Positions 1-12,133 of a DNA stretch of 64,000 nucleotides are shown in pieces. The DNA lies in NCBI GenBank assembly GCA_964016885.1, contig OZ024743.1:214396001-214460000 (forward strand), read 5' to 3'. Source of the stretch: Eledone cirrhosa (lineage: Eukaryota). Within the stretch, counting starts at the first letter, position 1; the number at the start of each line of letters is the position of its first letter. A program made the position numbers and the translations under genes. The notes beneath the pieces are model-generated. The model had not been told where the DNA came from and ran no database searches. It was given only the letters and a program-made list of their open reading frames with translations.

Positions 1-590
1 AAAAAGGCGCTGAGGTGACCCTTTTGCCCACAGAGATAGCACTTTGGCCGACTTCCTTCCACACTTCTAGGGAGTTGGAGTCCTTTTTCGAGGTCTATGA
101 TATCTGGGATGGCCTCGATACACTCCTACCCAGTTTGTATTAGCCTTTGCATGCCTATAACTGACCAATTTTCTCTTCCCATTGTCTGTACTTGCTGCAT
201 GGTGGTCCTCGATTCCAGCAAGGACAGACGCGGCGAGCCAAGGTATAGGCATGTCTGCCCGCGGTAAGAGGGCACCAAGAATATCTCCTCAATCTTTAGG
301 GTTTCCAAAGAGTGAGACTTCGACTCTTGGGGGGGTGGAGAAAACTACGTCTACTCTGGCATACTTTTTGCCTCGGGTGATGTTGGTTTTGCGTGCCCAG
401 CAACCCCAAGGCCTGTTGGATTTGACCCTCAGTGGCTCTCTCCACCCGATGTGACCTTTTGCTTACAGTGCAGCATGTCACCGTCCGTCGTTGCTGGTCC
501 TTGAAAAAATCGAGTGGAGGTTTCAGGGAAAGTCTATTGTCACTTCTTGTCACCATGGCCCTTGCGACTGCCATCTCCTCCTCCGTAGGT
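1..590 (-). pseudogene. Frameshifted ORF1 (gag-like, CCHC zinc knuckle) fragment of an L1/Tx1-type LINE
   Basis: The minus-strand peptides QQRRTVTCCTVSKRSHRVERATEGQIQQALG, LVPSYRG and PWLAASVL match ORF1 at 16651-17127. Positions 1-50 read RPKCYLCGQKGHLSAF, a zinc knuckle that runs off the window edge. Confidence 0.85.
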
Positions 591-920
591 ATTTATTTAA
601 AATGTTAATAAAGTTAAATAGACTACGAAATATGTAATTCAAACTTTCTTTAATATATAGTTACATTATAACTTCAGTATCTATGAATTAATATCTAAAA
701 TTTGAAATAGTATCTAAATGAATTAAACCTAGCATAAAAGGGAAAAAAGAGACTAATAGTTCATACATGTTTTCCTTTGAACTCATTGACCAATCCGGTA
801 ACCTGATACCCTAGCCAGTACAAAACAGCAGCGACAACTGTACGATATGTCTCCCACTCATATAATATATACCGTGTGAAGTCTTTCCAGGCATATGCTG
901 GCCAGTAGCCGAAGTAAATA

Positions 921-1115
921 ACCGCTTGCATATCAACTGATATTTACATCTATGTATTTTATCAATGTGACCGCTTGCATATCAACTGATATTTACATCT
1001 CCTATGCATTTTATCAATGTGACCGCTTGCATATCAACTAATATTTACATCTCCTATGCATTTTATCAATGTGACCGCTTGCATATCAACTGATATTTAC
1101 ATCTCCTATGCATTT
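921..1115. repeat. 52-bp minisatellite, ~3.8 copies
   Basis: Unit accgcttgcatatcaactgatatttacatctcctatgcattttatcaatgtg starts at 921, 970, 1022 and 1074. Confidence 0.95.
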
Positions 1116-1501
1116 TTTCTGAAGGGAACATGTTGATTGATGTTATACAAAAGCCATACATTTTCGAAATACGTATCATATAATAAATATAACTGTCTCA
1201 TTTGTTTATTATTATAATAAAACTCCGGTAAAACATAAATCGTTGAGTGCTTGACATCTGTTTTGACATTTTCAAAATTCTCTAATTGAATAAATATATA
1301 TATATATATATATAATAAGTAGTTGACGGACCCAGCATTATTATCAATGCCAGGACCGGTTGTATCTCAGCGTACTCCATGGGCAATGTAAGATACATTC
1401 TCAGAATATACACATAGTTATTCGCTTCAATCCAACACACGTAAAACTGGTGCCTATAATAGTTTCCGGATTCGAGTTTCGGACGCACTAATGCAGTAGT
1501 A

Positions 1502-1503
<2 letters not shown>

Positions 1504-1554
<51 letters not shown>

Positions 1555-1582
1555 ACATACACACACACACACACACACACAT

Positions 1583-1635
<53 letters not shown>

Positions 1636-1677
1636 ACATACACATATATAACACATACACACATACATATATATATA
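1504..1677. repeat. (CA)n/(TA)n microsatellite
   Basis: Seen directly in the sequence. Confidence 0.97.
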
Positions 1678-1904
1678 TTAGAAATTAGAAATTATAAGCT
1701 TTCACCGTATTTTAGACTAAAGAAATTTCTAGCCTGATAGTGGGGTTTATAACCCTCGGAGAAATGGAAAAAGATGAGTGTTGCCGTACATGTATGGCAA
1801 CACTCATCTTTTTACATTTCTCCGAGGGTTATAAACCCCACTATCAGGTTAGAAATTTCTTTAGTCTAAAATACGGTGAAAGCTTATAATTTCTAATTTC
1901 TAAT
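1677..1904. repeat. Near-perfect ~228-bp palindrome between microsatellites
   Basis: attagaaattagaaattataagctttcaccg... is mirrored by ...cggtgaaagcttataatttctaatttctaat, centred on tacatgta (~1790), with only a few mismatches. Confidence 0.95.
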
Positions 1905-1962
1905 TTTCAAACTCGCGCACCGTTTCAAAAATATACTTACATGTTTACATTTATAATTTGCT

Positions 1963-2030
<68 letters not shown>

Positions 2031-2179
2031 TATAAATATATAAGTATAAATTAGCGAGAATCTAATTTCAGCTCAGGAATTAACGAAAAATAATTCATAA
2101 GATTTAGTGCTACAACATATATTAAAGGCCAAACACACTGAGATGGTGGTTAAACTAATCATCCGCACAGCGAAAAAAA

Positions 2180-2218
<39 letters not shown>

Positions 2219-2799
2219 GAGAAAGACCAATAGACTGTCGGGAATGACAAACTTTTTTCTTTCATCCCGCCACTGCGAAGAAAATAATTTCATTGTGATT
2301 TTCAAGTAATCATATATTAATCAAATATATGGTGCTTTACCAATTAGCTTCGAATACTTTTTGCTGACTGTTGCATTTAATTCATATTAGCTCAATCTTC
2401 ATTTTATTATTATATAATTGAAATGAAAGGTTGTAAAATATTAATTACTGTACCGTTTGTTTTTCATGTTATTTGATATATGTCTATAATTTAACGCCAA
2501 CATAAATTTCAATAATTGTCAGAATTCAGTTAAATTATTAAGATTGATTTAAAAAGATATACATACTTCCTCAGATATTCTATTTACATAGTAAAGTATG
2601 ACTCACATAGGAAATATAGAACACATTTCCGGTTAAATCTTTCTCGTAGACTATGTATTATATATATGATATTAGATATTCCTATTGCACTTATTACAGT
2701 TTTCTTATTGTTTATTAGATACTTCCCTGATAATTATTTATAATCAGATACATGCCACACATACACATACGGATATGTACGTATATATGCCTGATTATG

Positions 2800-2836
<37 letters not shown>

Positions 2837-3326
2837 GGAGAGAATTAAGGCGTGCGCTCCACCATAGATATAAATATATAACAATGTATATAATATATAC
2901 GTTTATTTACGAATAAACACTTGAAATCCTTTAGACATGAAAGGTAAAAGGTGGTGGCAGGGCGCCACGTAACGAGTTCAAGCTGAAGCAACGGGAAGTT
3001 GACGACAGCTTATTCTGGCTATTTTGCCGTTGTCAAGCAAACGCACCCATCAAACTCAATTCCTTCTGGAATTCAAAGTAGGTACAAAAATAGTTTTAAC
3101 GCTTATGTATATGGACTGAGAAACCTCATTTGCAAACGGATATATTGGTAGGCTCGTCCTGATCAAGAAATAGAAATAATGTTCGCTAACTATCAGTAAC
3201 TCCCTGTTGTTTCTATTAGAATTCTTTAGGTGGTGCCTCGGCACCACTTTTAAAAATTCATACCTAAGGTTTTCAAATATTTATTCATATACATAACGTA
3301 TAATATCTGACATACACATGTTCATA

Positions 3327-3395
<69 letters not shown>

Positions 3396-3472
3396 TACAT
3401 ACATATATATATATACATATACAAATATATATATACATATATATATATGTACACACACATATATATGTATAT

Positions 3473-3515
<43 letters not shown>

Positions 3516-4184
3516 AGTTTATGTATTTGTTCTGCAAGTTTCTTAATGTGACATCGTGTGTTGAAACGGACAGCTTTATATGAGTGGATGGACATGGTGC
3601 CACTATATATATATTAAATATTTATGGTGTATAGTTTTTTGCTACATCTCATAGGATTGATAGCAAAGTTTATTCGACTAATGATTGAACTTAGACGAAT
3701 AATATATACCACACGCACACGCACATACATACACATATAAACAAAATATTGTAAAATAAATAAATAACACTTTTCTTGATAATTATATATTGTGATTAAA
3801 TTAAACACTTATTTGTGAGCCGATCAAAATACATTTCTCTTGGCAATAGCTAGATGCTATATTAAAACAAAGAATCTTCTGAACTACTAAGAACTGTTAA
3901 GAAAACAATCTATTTTGAAATCTATGATCCAAAGCAACTGTGGAATCAGCAAAAATTATCGAACTTTCCTGTACTTTTACACAGGAACTTATAAAATCAA
4001 TGTGTTAAGGAAGACACACATTTATCGTGTTTGTGTTTTGTGCATGGAAAAATTACACAAAGAAAATATGTCATTATAGTTGTATTTATAGATTCTGAAT
4101 TGCAGACGGAAAAATTAATTACTATATTTTTTGTAATTTCTTACAAAATAAATTTACGTATATGTACAATATATATATATATAT

Positions 4185-4256
<72 letters not shown>

Positions 4257-4514
4257 TGAGGTTATATTTTTAATTTGTTGGGATTCAATAAGCTTAAACA
4301 TTTTTATAACTGATATAAAGCACTCATCAGTTGAGAGGAGTAAATATTCAATATATTAATAAATGGAAACTATATTTATATAACCATATTTATTTTATTA
4401 TATTTCAAGGGCAATCAAGGCAATTATGGTGCGCTTTCATCAGATAAAATACAGATTTGTTTTATAAATAAATATTGACCCAGAAAAAGGCAGCCTTAAC
4501 GGTTGAAGCTTCCT

Positions 4515-4584
<70 letters not shown>

Positions 4585-4756
4585 GCATTATCGGAGAAAG
4601 CTTTTTAGCGATACTCCGGCCAAATTAGAACTCACTCAACAAACATTAGGAAATAAGTGAGTATATTCCTAATTAAGCGTTCGGGGTGCTAACTAAATGT
4701 ATTGCGTGGAAAATTGGCTGTATTATTTCATATGAGGCATATCGAATATATCTCTT

Positions 4757-4883
4757 CCCAGACAGAAGTCTCGTTTCATTATAGGATTCCTACAATTTGG
4801 GTGAAATTATACCAATTTATGTAGGGGCTAGTATACCATCAATAGATATATATTCAAGTGGGCTCCTATAATTCATCAGTGGG
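4757..4883 (-). ncRNA. Type I hammerhead ribozyme with a long stem II insertion, in a (TA)n-flanked ~440-bp unit (4581-5021)
   Basis: Minus strand: ccca-CUGAUGA-auuauagga...uccuauaau-GAAA-cgagacuucu-GUC-uggg. Stem I is ccca/uggg and stem II is 9 bp. Confidence 0.8.
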
Positions 4884-5119
4884 TGCCCCAATAATACTAA
4901 TATTGATAATCTAACCAACATCAGTATTTAGCGATAATCATCATCAGTGCCTGAGGTATCTGTCAGGTTGCTAGTCCAGCAGTTCTAAAGAAATACTAAA
5001 ACTGATTCAAAAATGAGGAATTATATATATATATATATATATATATACATTATGAAGAGAGAAGAAACATTTAGATATAATTAGTAATAAAATGTATCAT
5101 ACCTAAACTGTTCCTAAAT

Positions 5120-5207
5120 TCCTCGACTACGTAGTTTCGTGGCATAAACAAAAACAATATATCAAAGATATAGAGTCCTTGCGAGGTCTGCCGACTTATC
5201 AAGAGGA
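5120..5207 (-). ncRNA. Hammerhead ribozyme, U3-A8 core variant
   Basis: Reverse complement of the motif at 6264-6351. Confidence 0.75.
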
Positions 5208-5710
5208 TACCTCATTTTACTAGTCTCAAGAACGCGTCTACACGACGTGAGAAAGAATCCCGAAAGGCGGAGGGGGAGATAGTCACGCGATATAACGGTC
5301 GAGAAACAGAGCTAAGCCTCTTATAACCACGAAGAAAATACCTCGGAGGCGGAGGGGGTATTCATATCGAGGCCGTAGAAGAGGTAGTGAAGAAGGCGAG
5401 AAGTATGAGTAATGGAAGCTTTCCAGTTGTCCCCACACTTCAAAGATTGCTCGACCAGAGGGAGTTATTAATATATTTAGAAACACACAGATACATGCGG
5501 ACACACACATATATACATGAATGCATCCGCACCCAACTGTGAGTTAAGGGTGCCAACTTCACCGATGTTGCTCAATGAATGACTGGGACAGACCAATTCA
5601 GTTTGAACCAGACTGAACCAGTATCAGAGTTAAAAATACATTATGAAGAGAGAAGAAACATTTAGATATAATTAGTAATAAAATGTATCATACCTAAACT
5701 GTTCCTAAAT

Positions 5711-5798
5711 TCCTCGACTACGTAGTTTCGTGGCATAAACAAAAACAATATATCAAAGATATAGAGTCCTTGCGAGGTCTGCCGACTTATCAAGAGGA
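5711..5798 (-). ncRNA. Hammerhead ribozyme, U3-A8 core variant
   Basis: Second reverse copy of the same motif. Confidence 0.75.
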
Positions 5799-6263
5799 TA
5801 CCTCATTTTACTAGTCTCAAGAACGCGTCTACACGACGTGAGAAAGAATCCCAAAAGGCGGAGGGGGAGATAGTCACGCGATATAACGGTCGAGAAACAG
5901 AGCTAAGCCTCTTATAACCACGAAGAAAATACCACGGAGGCGGAGGGGGTATTCATATCGAGGCCGTAGAAGTGGTAGTGAAGAAGGCGAGAAGTATGAG
6001 TAATGGAAGCTTTCCAGTTGTCCCCACACTTCAAAGATTGCTCGATCAGAGGGAGTTATTAATATATTTAGAAACACACAGATACATGCGGACACACACA
6101 TATATACATGAATGCATCCGCACCCAACTGGTATTTTCTTCGTGGTTATAAGAGGCTTAGCTCTGTTTCTCGACCGTTATATCGCGTGACTATCTCCCCC
6201 CCGCCTTTTGGGATTCTTTCTCACGTCGTGTAGACGCGTTCTTGAGACTAGTAAAATGAGGTA

Positions 6264-6351
6264 TCCTCTTGATAAGTCGGCAGACCTCGCAAGGACACTA
6301 TATCTTTGATATATTGTTTTTGTTTATGCCACGAAACTACGTAGTCGAGGA
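6264..6351 (+). ncRNA. Hammerhead ribozyme, U3-A8 core variant
   Basis: uccuc-UUGAUAA-gucggca...ugccac-GAAA-cuacgua-GUC-gagga. Stem I is uccuc/gagga and stem III is the palindrome acuacguagu. Confidence 0.78.
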
Positions 6352-6853
6352 ATTTAGGAACAGTTTAGGTATGATACATTTTATTACTAATTATATCTAA
6401 ATGTTTCTTCTCTCTTCATAATGTATTTTAACTCTGATACTGGTTCAGTCTGGTTCAAACTGAATTGGTCTGTCCCAGTCATTCATTGAGCAACATCGGT
6501 GAAGTTGGCACCCTTAACTCACAGTTGGGTGCGGATGCATTCATGTATATATGTGTGTGTCCGCATGTATCTGTGTGTTTCTAAATATATTAATAACTCC
6601 CTCTGGTCGAGCAATCTTTGAAGTGTGGGGACAACTGGAAAGCTTCCATTACTCATACTTCTCGCCTTCTTCACTACCTCTTCTACGGCCTCGATATGAA
6701 TACCCCCTCCGCCTCCGTGGTATTTTCTTCGTGGTTATAAGAGGCTTAGCTCTGTTTCTCGACCGTTATATCGCGTGACTATCTCCCCCTCCGCCTTTCG
6801 GGATTCTTTCTCACGTCGTGTAGACGCGTTCTTGAGACTAGTAAAATGAGGTA

Positions 6854-6941
6854 TCCTCTTGATAAGTCGGCAGACCTCGCAAGGACTCTATATCTTTGAT
6901 ATATTGTTTTTGTTTATGCCACGAAACTACGTAGTCGAGGA
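6854..6941 (+). ncRNA. Hammerhead ribozyme, U3-A8 core variant
   Basis: Tandem copy 590 bp after 6264. Confidence 0.78.
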
Positions 6942-7175
6942 ATTTAGGAACAGTTTAGGTATGAAACATTTTATTACTAATTATATCTAAATGTTTCTTC
7001 TCTCTTCATAATGTATTTTTAACTCTGATACTGGTTCAGTCTGGTTCAAACAGAATTGGTCTGTCCCAGTCATTCATTGAGCAACATCGGTGAAGTTGGC
7101 ACCCTTAACTCACAGTTGGGTGCGGATGCATTCATGTATATATGTGTGTGTCCGCATGTATCTGTGTGTTTCTAA

Positions 7176-7216
<41 letters not shown>

Positions 7217-7223
7217 ATGTATG

Positions 7224-7301
<78 letters not shown>

Positions 7302-7303
<2 letters not shown>

Positions 7304-7990
7304 AATGGAAAAAAATGAAATTTCATTTCTCACTCTTAGTACGGCTGATACATAAATGTAAGTATGTATACGTACATACATATATGTATACAGACGTACA
7401 GCAGTATGTATATACATATATACATGCACACATATATATATAGGTACGTATGGGGTTACCGAACATTATTATAATATTCGGTTTGTTTGTAAACAAAGAG
7501 CCCGAATTACGCCGTACAGTGTTCTGCAACCATCATTGCCATTTTGTTCAACACTGACATAGGAACGATGAACTAGCTTCGAGATTCTTAGCTATCGTCA
7601 GAACCGTATATCTTCCTGTCAGATGATTGAACATTTGCAAGTATATACTTTCCTTATGTATATTAACGGCGGAGCAGCTTAATTTGCATATCGAGTGAGT
7701 TAGTCGGCCGTGCGCACCGAAAACGATAAATGGAAAAAATGAAATGTCATTGCTCACTCTTACTACGGCTGATACTTAAATGTTCGTATGTATACGTACA
7801 TACATATATGTATACAGACGTAAATAAAGGCTTAATTCGGGCTGTTTGTTTACAAGCAAATCGAACATTATAATAAATGTTCGGTAAACCCATACGTAAA
7901 TATATAAATGTTTGCATGTATGTATGTATATACATACTGCTGTACGTCTGTATACATATATGTATGTACGTATACATATTTACATTATAT
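7302..7990. mobile_element. Diverged copy of the ~420-bp hammerhead repeat family F (reverse unit plus inverted piece)
   Basis: Homologous to 47530-48580 and 59486-61497. A degenerate hammerhead lies on the minus strand at 7565-7607, and orientation switches at ~7825. Confidence 0.8.
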
Positions 7991-7991
7991 G

Positions 7992-8023
<32 letters not shown>

Positions 8024-8653
8024 CATATATGTATATATATATATACATATATACATACATATATATACATATATATATATATATATTTATATGCATGTAT
8101 ATATATATGTATATATATGTATATATATATATATAAGTCTATATATATGTATATACAATATATATATATAGTGAGAAATTGAACGGAAACAAAACAGAGA
8201 GGCAGTACGAACAAAGGTTTATTAGTTTCCCGCTCTTGAGAGTGGGGTAGTGGTGGGGAACAACGTTTCGGGTAAAAGCCCTTGTTCAAGCGAAAAGTGT
8301 GTGGGAAGAGAGTTATAATGGTATGTAAAGGAGTGAGGGAGAGACATTTAGAAAAAAGGGGGTGAGAGGAAATGGTACAAATGAAAATAAATATAAAAGC
8401 ATAATAAAAATAAAAATAAACATGAAGTTAAACAAGTGGTGGAAGGGTGTGGAGCGTGTAGGGGTGGTGGCGGGTGGAGTGGGGAGAGGGAGGTGGGGTG
8501 TCCGAGCGGGGAGGGCTGAAGATGGTGTGTGTGTGTAGGTGTACGTGTGTGTGTGTGTATGTGAATGTGAGAGTTGATGGAAGAACGGGGTTGCATGTTC
8601 ATGAAAAGGTGTGGGTGGGGTGGGGTGTAGCTCGGTGTGTGTGTGGATATATA

Positions 8654-9030
8654 TCATCATCATCAGGTCGAGCTTGCTCGGCTTCCTACGACACGTTTCC
8701 TCCATCCATCTCTGTCTCTCATACCGTTTGCCAGTTCTTCCGCAGTGCATCTAGTATCGTCCTCAAGTTGCTTGACGTATGTCTTCTTGGGACGACCAAC
8801 GTTTCTTGCTCCATGAGATGGACTCCATAACAACACATCACCTGCTATTTCTTCCTTGCTGCGCCAACAGTGGCCAGCCAATCTGAGTCTCTGTCCACGT
8901 ATTGACCTGCTGATAGGTGGTATATTGCCATAGATATCCTTATTTGCTGGGAGTTCACTCCAAGACACGTTTAAAACAGCACGGAGCATACGTGTGTATG
9001 CCATGTCTAGCTTTTTCGGCCAAGATACGA
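8654..9030 (-). mobile_element. 3' end of an RTE-type LINE with a (GAT)n tail
   Basis: YTRMLRAVLNVSW...QRLRLAGHCWRS...LLWSP..G.RNVGRPKKTYVKQLEDDT...MRDRDGWR is a typical RTE RT C-terminus. The stop overlaps the atcatcatc tail. Confidence 0.85.
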
Positions 9031-9355
9031 TTAGGTCTCCGAGTGGATAAAAAGAAAGCTGCAAGTGCTACTCCTTACAACTGGGCAGTTCTGAATACCA
9101 ATCCTGAGACTTATAAAACCTTTGTAACCCAACTGAGCAAACGATTTGCTGCCCTACAAGACTGCGCCAACAAAATCGTCAAATTCTACATTTAACCACT
9201 TTCAAATGGCATTCAAAGAGGCAGCGGCCGACACCATCCCTTTAAAACCCAATGTTAAAAAACGAAAATCCTGGGATACAGAGAGGATACGCCAAAAGCG
9301 CAAAGAGTTGCGAAAAGCTGCAGAATTGAAAGACAATCAACGATCTCCAGAAAAC
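9025..9355 (+). mobile_element. Inverted internal fragment (EN-RT linker) of an RTE-type LINE
   Basis: KIRLGLR...YNWAVL...FVTQLSKRFAALQD and FKEAAADTIPLKP..KKRKSW resemble the post-endonuclease region of RTE ORFs. It abuts the minus-strand 3' fragment. Confidence 0.65.
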
Positions 9356-9380
9356 ATATATATATACATATATATATATA

Positions 9381-9419
<39 letters not shown>

Positions 9420-9618
9420 GATATATATATACATATATATATGAAAAAATAATATCGTTTTTTACAAAGACAATATAAAAACTGGAAAGAGTTAGAAGAA
9501 GTTAAAGCAGCTCAAAATACAGTAATTTGTTACAATGAACACTAGAAAAGGCTATATATCATACGTCCTCGAAAGGCGTTTTAAAGAACCATGTGTACAA
9601 AATCATATTGTGTTAAAA

Positions 9619-9802
9619 ATAATTGTTTCTACTTTTGGCACAAGGCCAGCAATTATCCAGTACATTACTGGTACTTAATTTTATCGACCACGTAAGGATG
9701 AAAGGCAAAGTTAACATCGACGGGATTTGAACTCAGACCATAAAGGGACGTAACTATGCTGGAAAGCATGGCGTCCGACTCTCCACCGATACTTCCAATC
9801 CA
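9619..9802 (-). mobile_element. tRNA-derived SINE (octopus-type)
   Basis: Reverse complement of the SINE at 34648: B-box gagttcaaatcc, body gttaactttgcctttcatcc, tail gccttgtgccaaaagtagaaacaatt. Confidence 0.85.
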
Positions 9803-10086
9803 CATGCATAATTATTCATTGAAGTAATCACCAAATACAGTTTTACATGTTCTATTGATTTACGATCGTTTCGTCCCTTCTTGTTCTCACAAAACAGACC
9901 ACCAATTAACGGAAAAAGCATTAGTTTACATTTAAAAATACACCACAATATTATTAACAGAGAAGTTTCAAAGATATGTGCTATCCAACTACAGAAGTAT
10001 AGCGTCAAATCGCTCTACCACATTACTAGAAAATAATATGAAATAGAGTAATAGATAAAAATAAGAACATAAAAAGGAAGAAGTAA

Positions 10087-10185
<99 letters not shown>

Positions 10186-10564
10186 CACATAAGCACACGT
10201 GAATACACACCTACATATACATACATATATTCATGCATACTTACATATACATACATTATACATGAAAACATTTACTCACATACACATCAAAGTTTTCCAA
10301 AATGTTTCTCCCAAAAGGTTCTTTGAAATTCTACCAATGAACTTCGTAAAATCATTAAATGTTTCCACAAAGTTTCTTTAAACATTTATTAAAGGTCTTT
10401 ACCTCCCATTTGATTAAACATTTCCCGTATATTTTATGAACATTTTTTTCAAAATTTCATCATACATTTTCCCTAATGTTTCATTAACGATTTCATTTTT
10501 CAACACATTATCCCTAAATGTTCATAAAACCTTTCACCAAAACCTTTTCTCGCCTTGAACATTC

Positions 10565-11831
10565 CTTCCGGAAAAGACTGGTCAATGTTTCTACCTCGAC
10601 GCCCAGAGCCTCTCCAGAACTTGAGAGTAGATTTTCCATTCACCGCATTACCCGCATAATAGAGAGCAGTGAGCGCCTGGCAAAATTACTTCGCCCAGGA
10701 CGTTTAGGTTAGCTCAGGATTTTACTCTCCTAATGATGTTCAATGTTTTATCTTGTCTGGGATATTGACTTCAAAGAATTGTCTTGATTTAGCAGCCGCT
10801 GCTGCAAATGTGCAGTCGTTGGTGTGGTTGTGGCTGTTGCTGGTGTCGTTCCTATTGACGCCATTGTTCTGCATCACATTGCTGGAATTATTATTGTTGT
10901 TGTTGTTGTTGTTGTTATTGTTGGGCTTGTTATTGTCTCTGATGAACCTCAGCGCAGCCTCGATGTCTGCTTGGGGAATGTTAGTGGGTTTTTTTTGTCT
11001 CAGCTGAGATGCATCTAAAGACCAGAGTTCTCCTCTCCACCGCCTCCGTGGCTTGTCCCGGGACAGATAAGTTGGGCGAGGTTTGCTCTTGTTTGATGAG
11101 CTTATATGCTTGGGTCAACCTTTTCTCGTTGTCCGTCAAGTCCACGCTAAACATGGCCTTTTCTTGGCTGCTGCGGCAGCGAAAGAGTTTTTCTCTTTGT
11201 TGACTCACTTGTTGTTGGTGGTGGTGTGTTCGTTGGTGTTGCCATTGTTGTTGCCGTTGTTCTTGTTGGTGTTGTCGTTGTTGCAGTTGGTATTATTCTT
11301 GGTGTTGTTGTTGCTTTCTTCCCTTATTTCTTTGTTACTCTTGCTGCTGTCGCTATGCATGTTCATGTTGGTGGAGTTGTTAATTTTGAGGTTGTTTCTG
11401 TTGTCTGTCTTTGTTTTCGCTGTTACAGTTGTTAATATTTTCACTGTTGCTGCTGTTGATGTCATTGTTGATGTTGTTACATTTGTTGTTGCACGTTGTA
11501 TTTGTATTAACTATTTCTTTATTTGAGTTAGTAATGGTGCAAGTAGTGTTTGCCGTATCCCTCCTCTCAACGTTTAAGCCGCTGTTCAAAGACAGCAGAC
11601 TAAAAATGCGGCGCGGTGCTCAGGCATGATTTTTTTTTCTTCACCGTACAAACATTCGAAATCCGATAGATTTCAGATATTTGGGCCAAAAGATCCAAAT
11701 GTTATGGGGTCACCTTTACACAGGGCCATGAATGGGACTCGTGAAAAAATATTCAACAAATTTATGAAGGAAATAAAAATAACCACCATTCTGGAGCCGA
11801 TGCGAACATGTTCGTAGCAAACGAGCACCAA
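10565..11831 (-). mobile_element. Tx1/L1-type element D: 5'UTR, ORF1 N-terminus and a deleted ORF2 C-terminal remnant
   Basis: The Asn/Thr-rich ORF1 start and DLTDNEKRLTQAYKLIKQEQT match element B (DLSNKDEMLAQAWKLIKQEQT). 10565-10705 encodes CQALTALYYAGNAVNGKSTL and EALGVE, matching the ORF2 C-terminus. Confidence 0.8.
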
Positions 11832-11839
11832 AATAATAC

Positions 11840-11882
<43 letters not shown>
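11832..11882. repeat. (TAA)n spacer, the 3' tail of element A
   Basis: Follows cccttgtggttaataaagaaagc on the minus strand. Confidence 0.95.
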
Positions 11883-11883
<1 letters not shown>

Positions 11884-12133
11884 CTTTCTTTATTAACCAC
11901 AAGGGTCTACATAAAGTAGACATTAAGGACAGTACAGGACAATACAGGACGGTACAAATGGGCATTTCTGCGTGAAAAAAACAAGAAACAGAGGATGTAA
12001 TAATAGAAAAAATGAAAACATTCCACAATAGGGGGGAGACTTCCGAGGGACATTCGTGGAGAGAGCCCATTAAAAAGCCACAGTGACCCTGACCCCCAAG
12101 GCAAGTGCCCTCTCCCAGTTTCCCACCTTTAAT

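Larger units (their letters stand above)
5047..7181. mobile_element. ~590-bp hammerhead-bearing repeat (PLE pLTR/retrozyme-like): ~1.8 units reverse, then ~1.8 units forward, flanked by (TA)n
   Basis: Near-identical units with a 590-591 bp period (5283/5874, 6131/6720). Orientation switches at ~6130. Four hammerhead motifs are present. Confidence 0.88.

Noticed and set aside
921-1115. CRISPR-like array (also 32092-32271)
   Set aside because: The repeats are contiguous with no unique spacers, and the context is eukaryotic.
5283-6778. Three near-identical 75-aa ORFs ([10 protein letters not shown]...)
   Set aside because: They recur only because the 590-bp unit is repeated. There is no recognisable domain and no independent evidence of coding.
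8261-8292. Hammerhead-like motif on the minus strand (ttgaacaa-gggcttttaccc-gaaacgtt)
   Set aside because: The core has an extra base and stem I does not pair. It is probably a decayed pLTR, so it is not called as a ribozyme.
10260-10565. Loosely repeated aaacattt/aaatgttt motifs as a DNA transposon remnant
   Set aside because: No termini or regular period could be defined.
11800-11831. U6 snRNA-like start (gtgctcg) at the 5' end of element D
   Set aside because: The similarity is limited to ~7 nt and is not shared by A or B.
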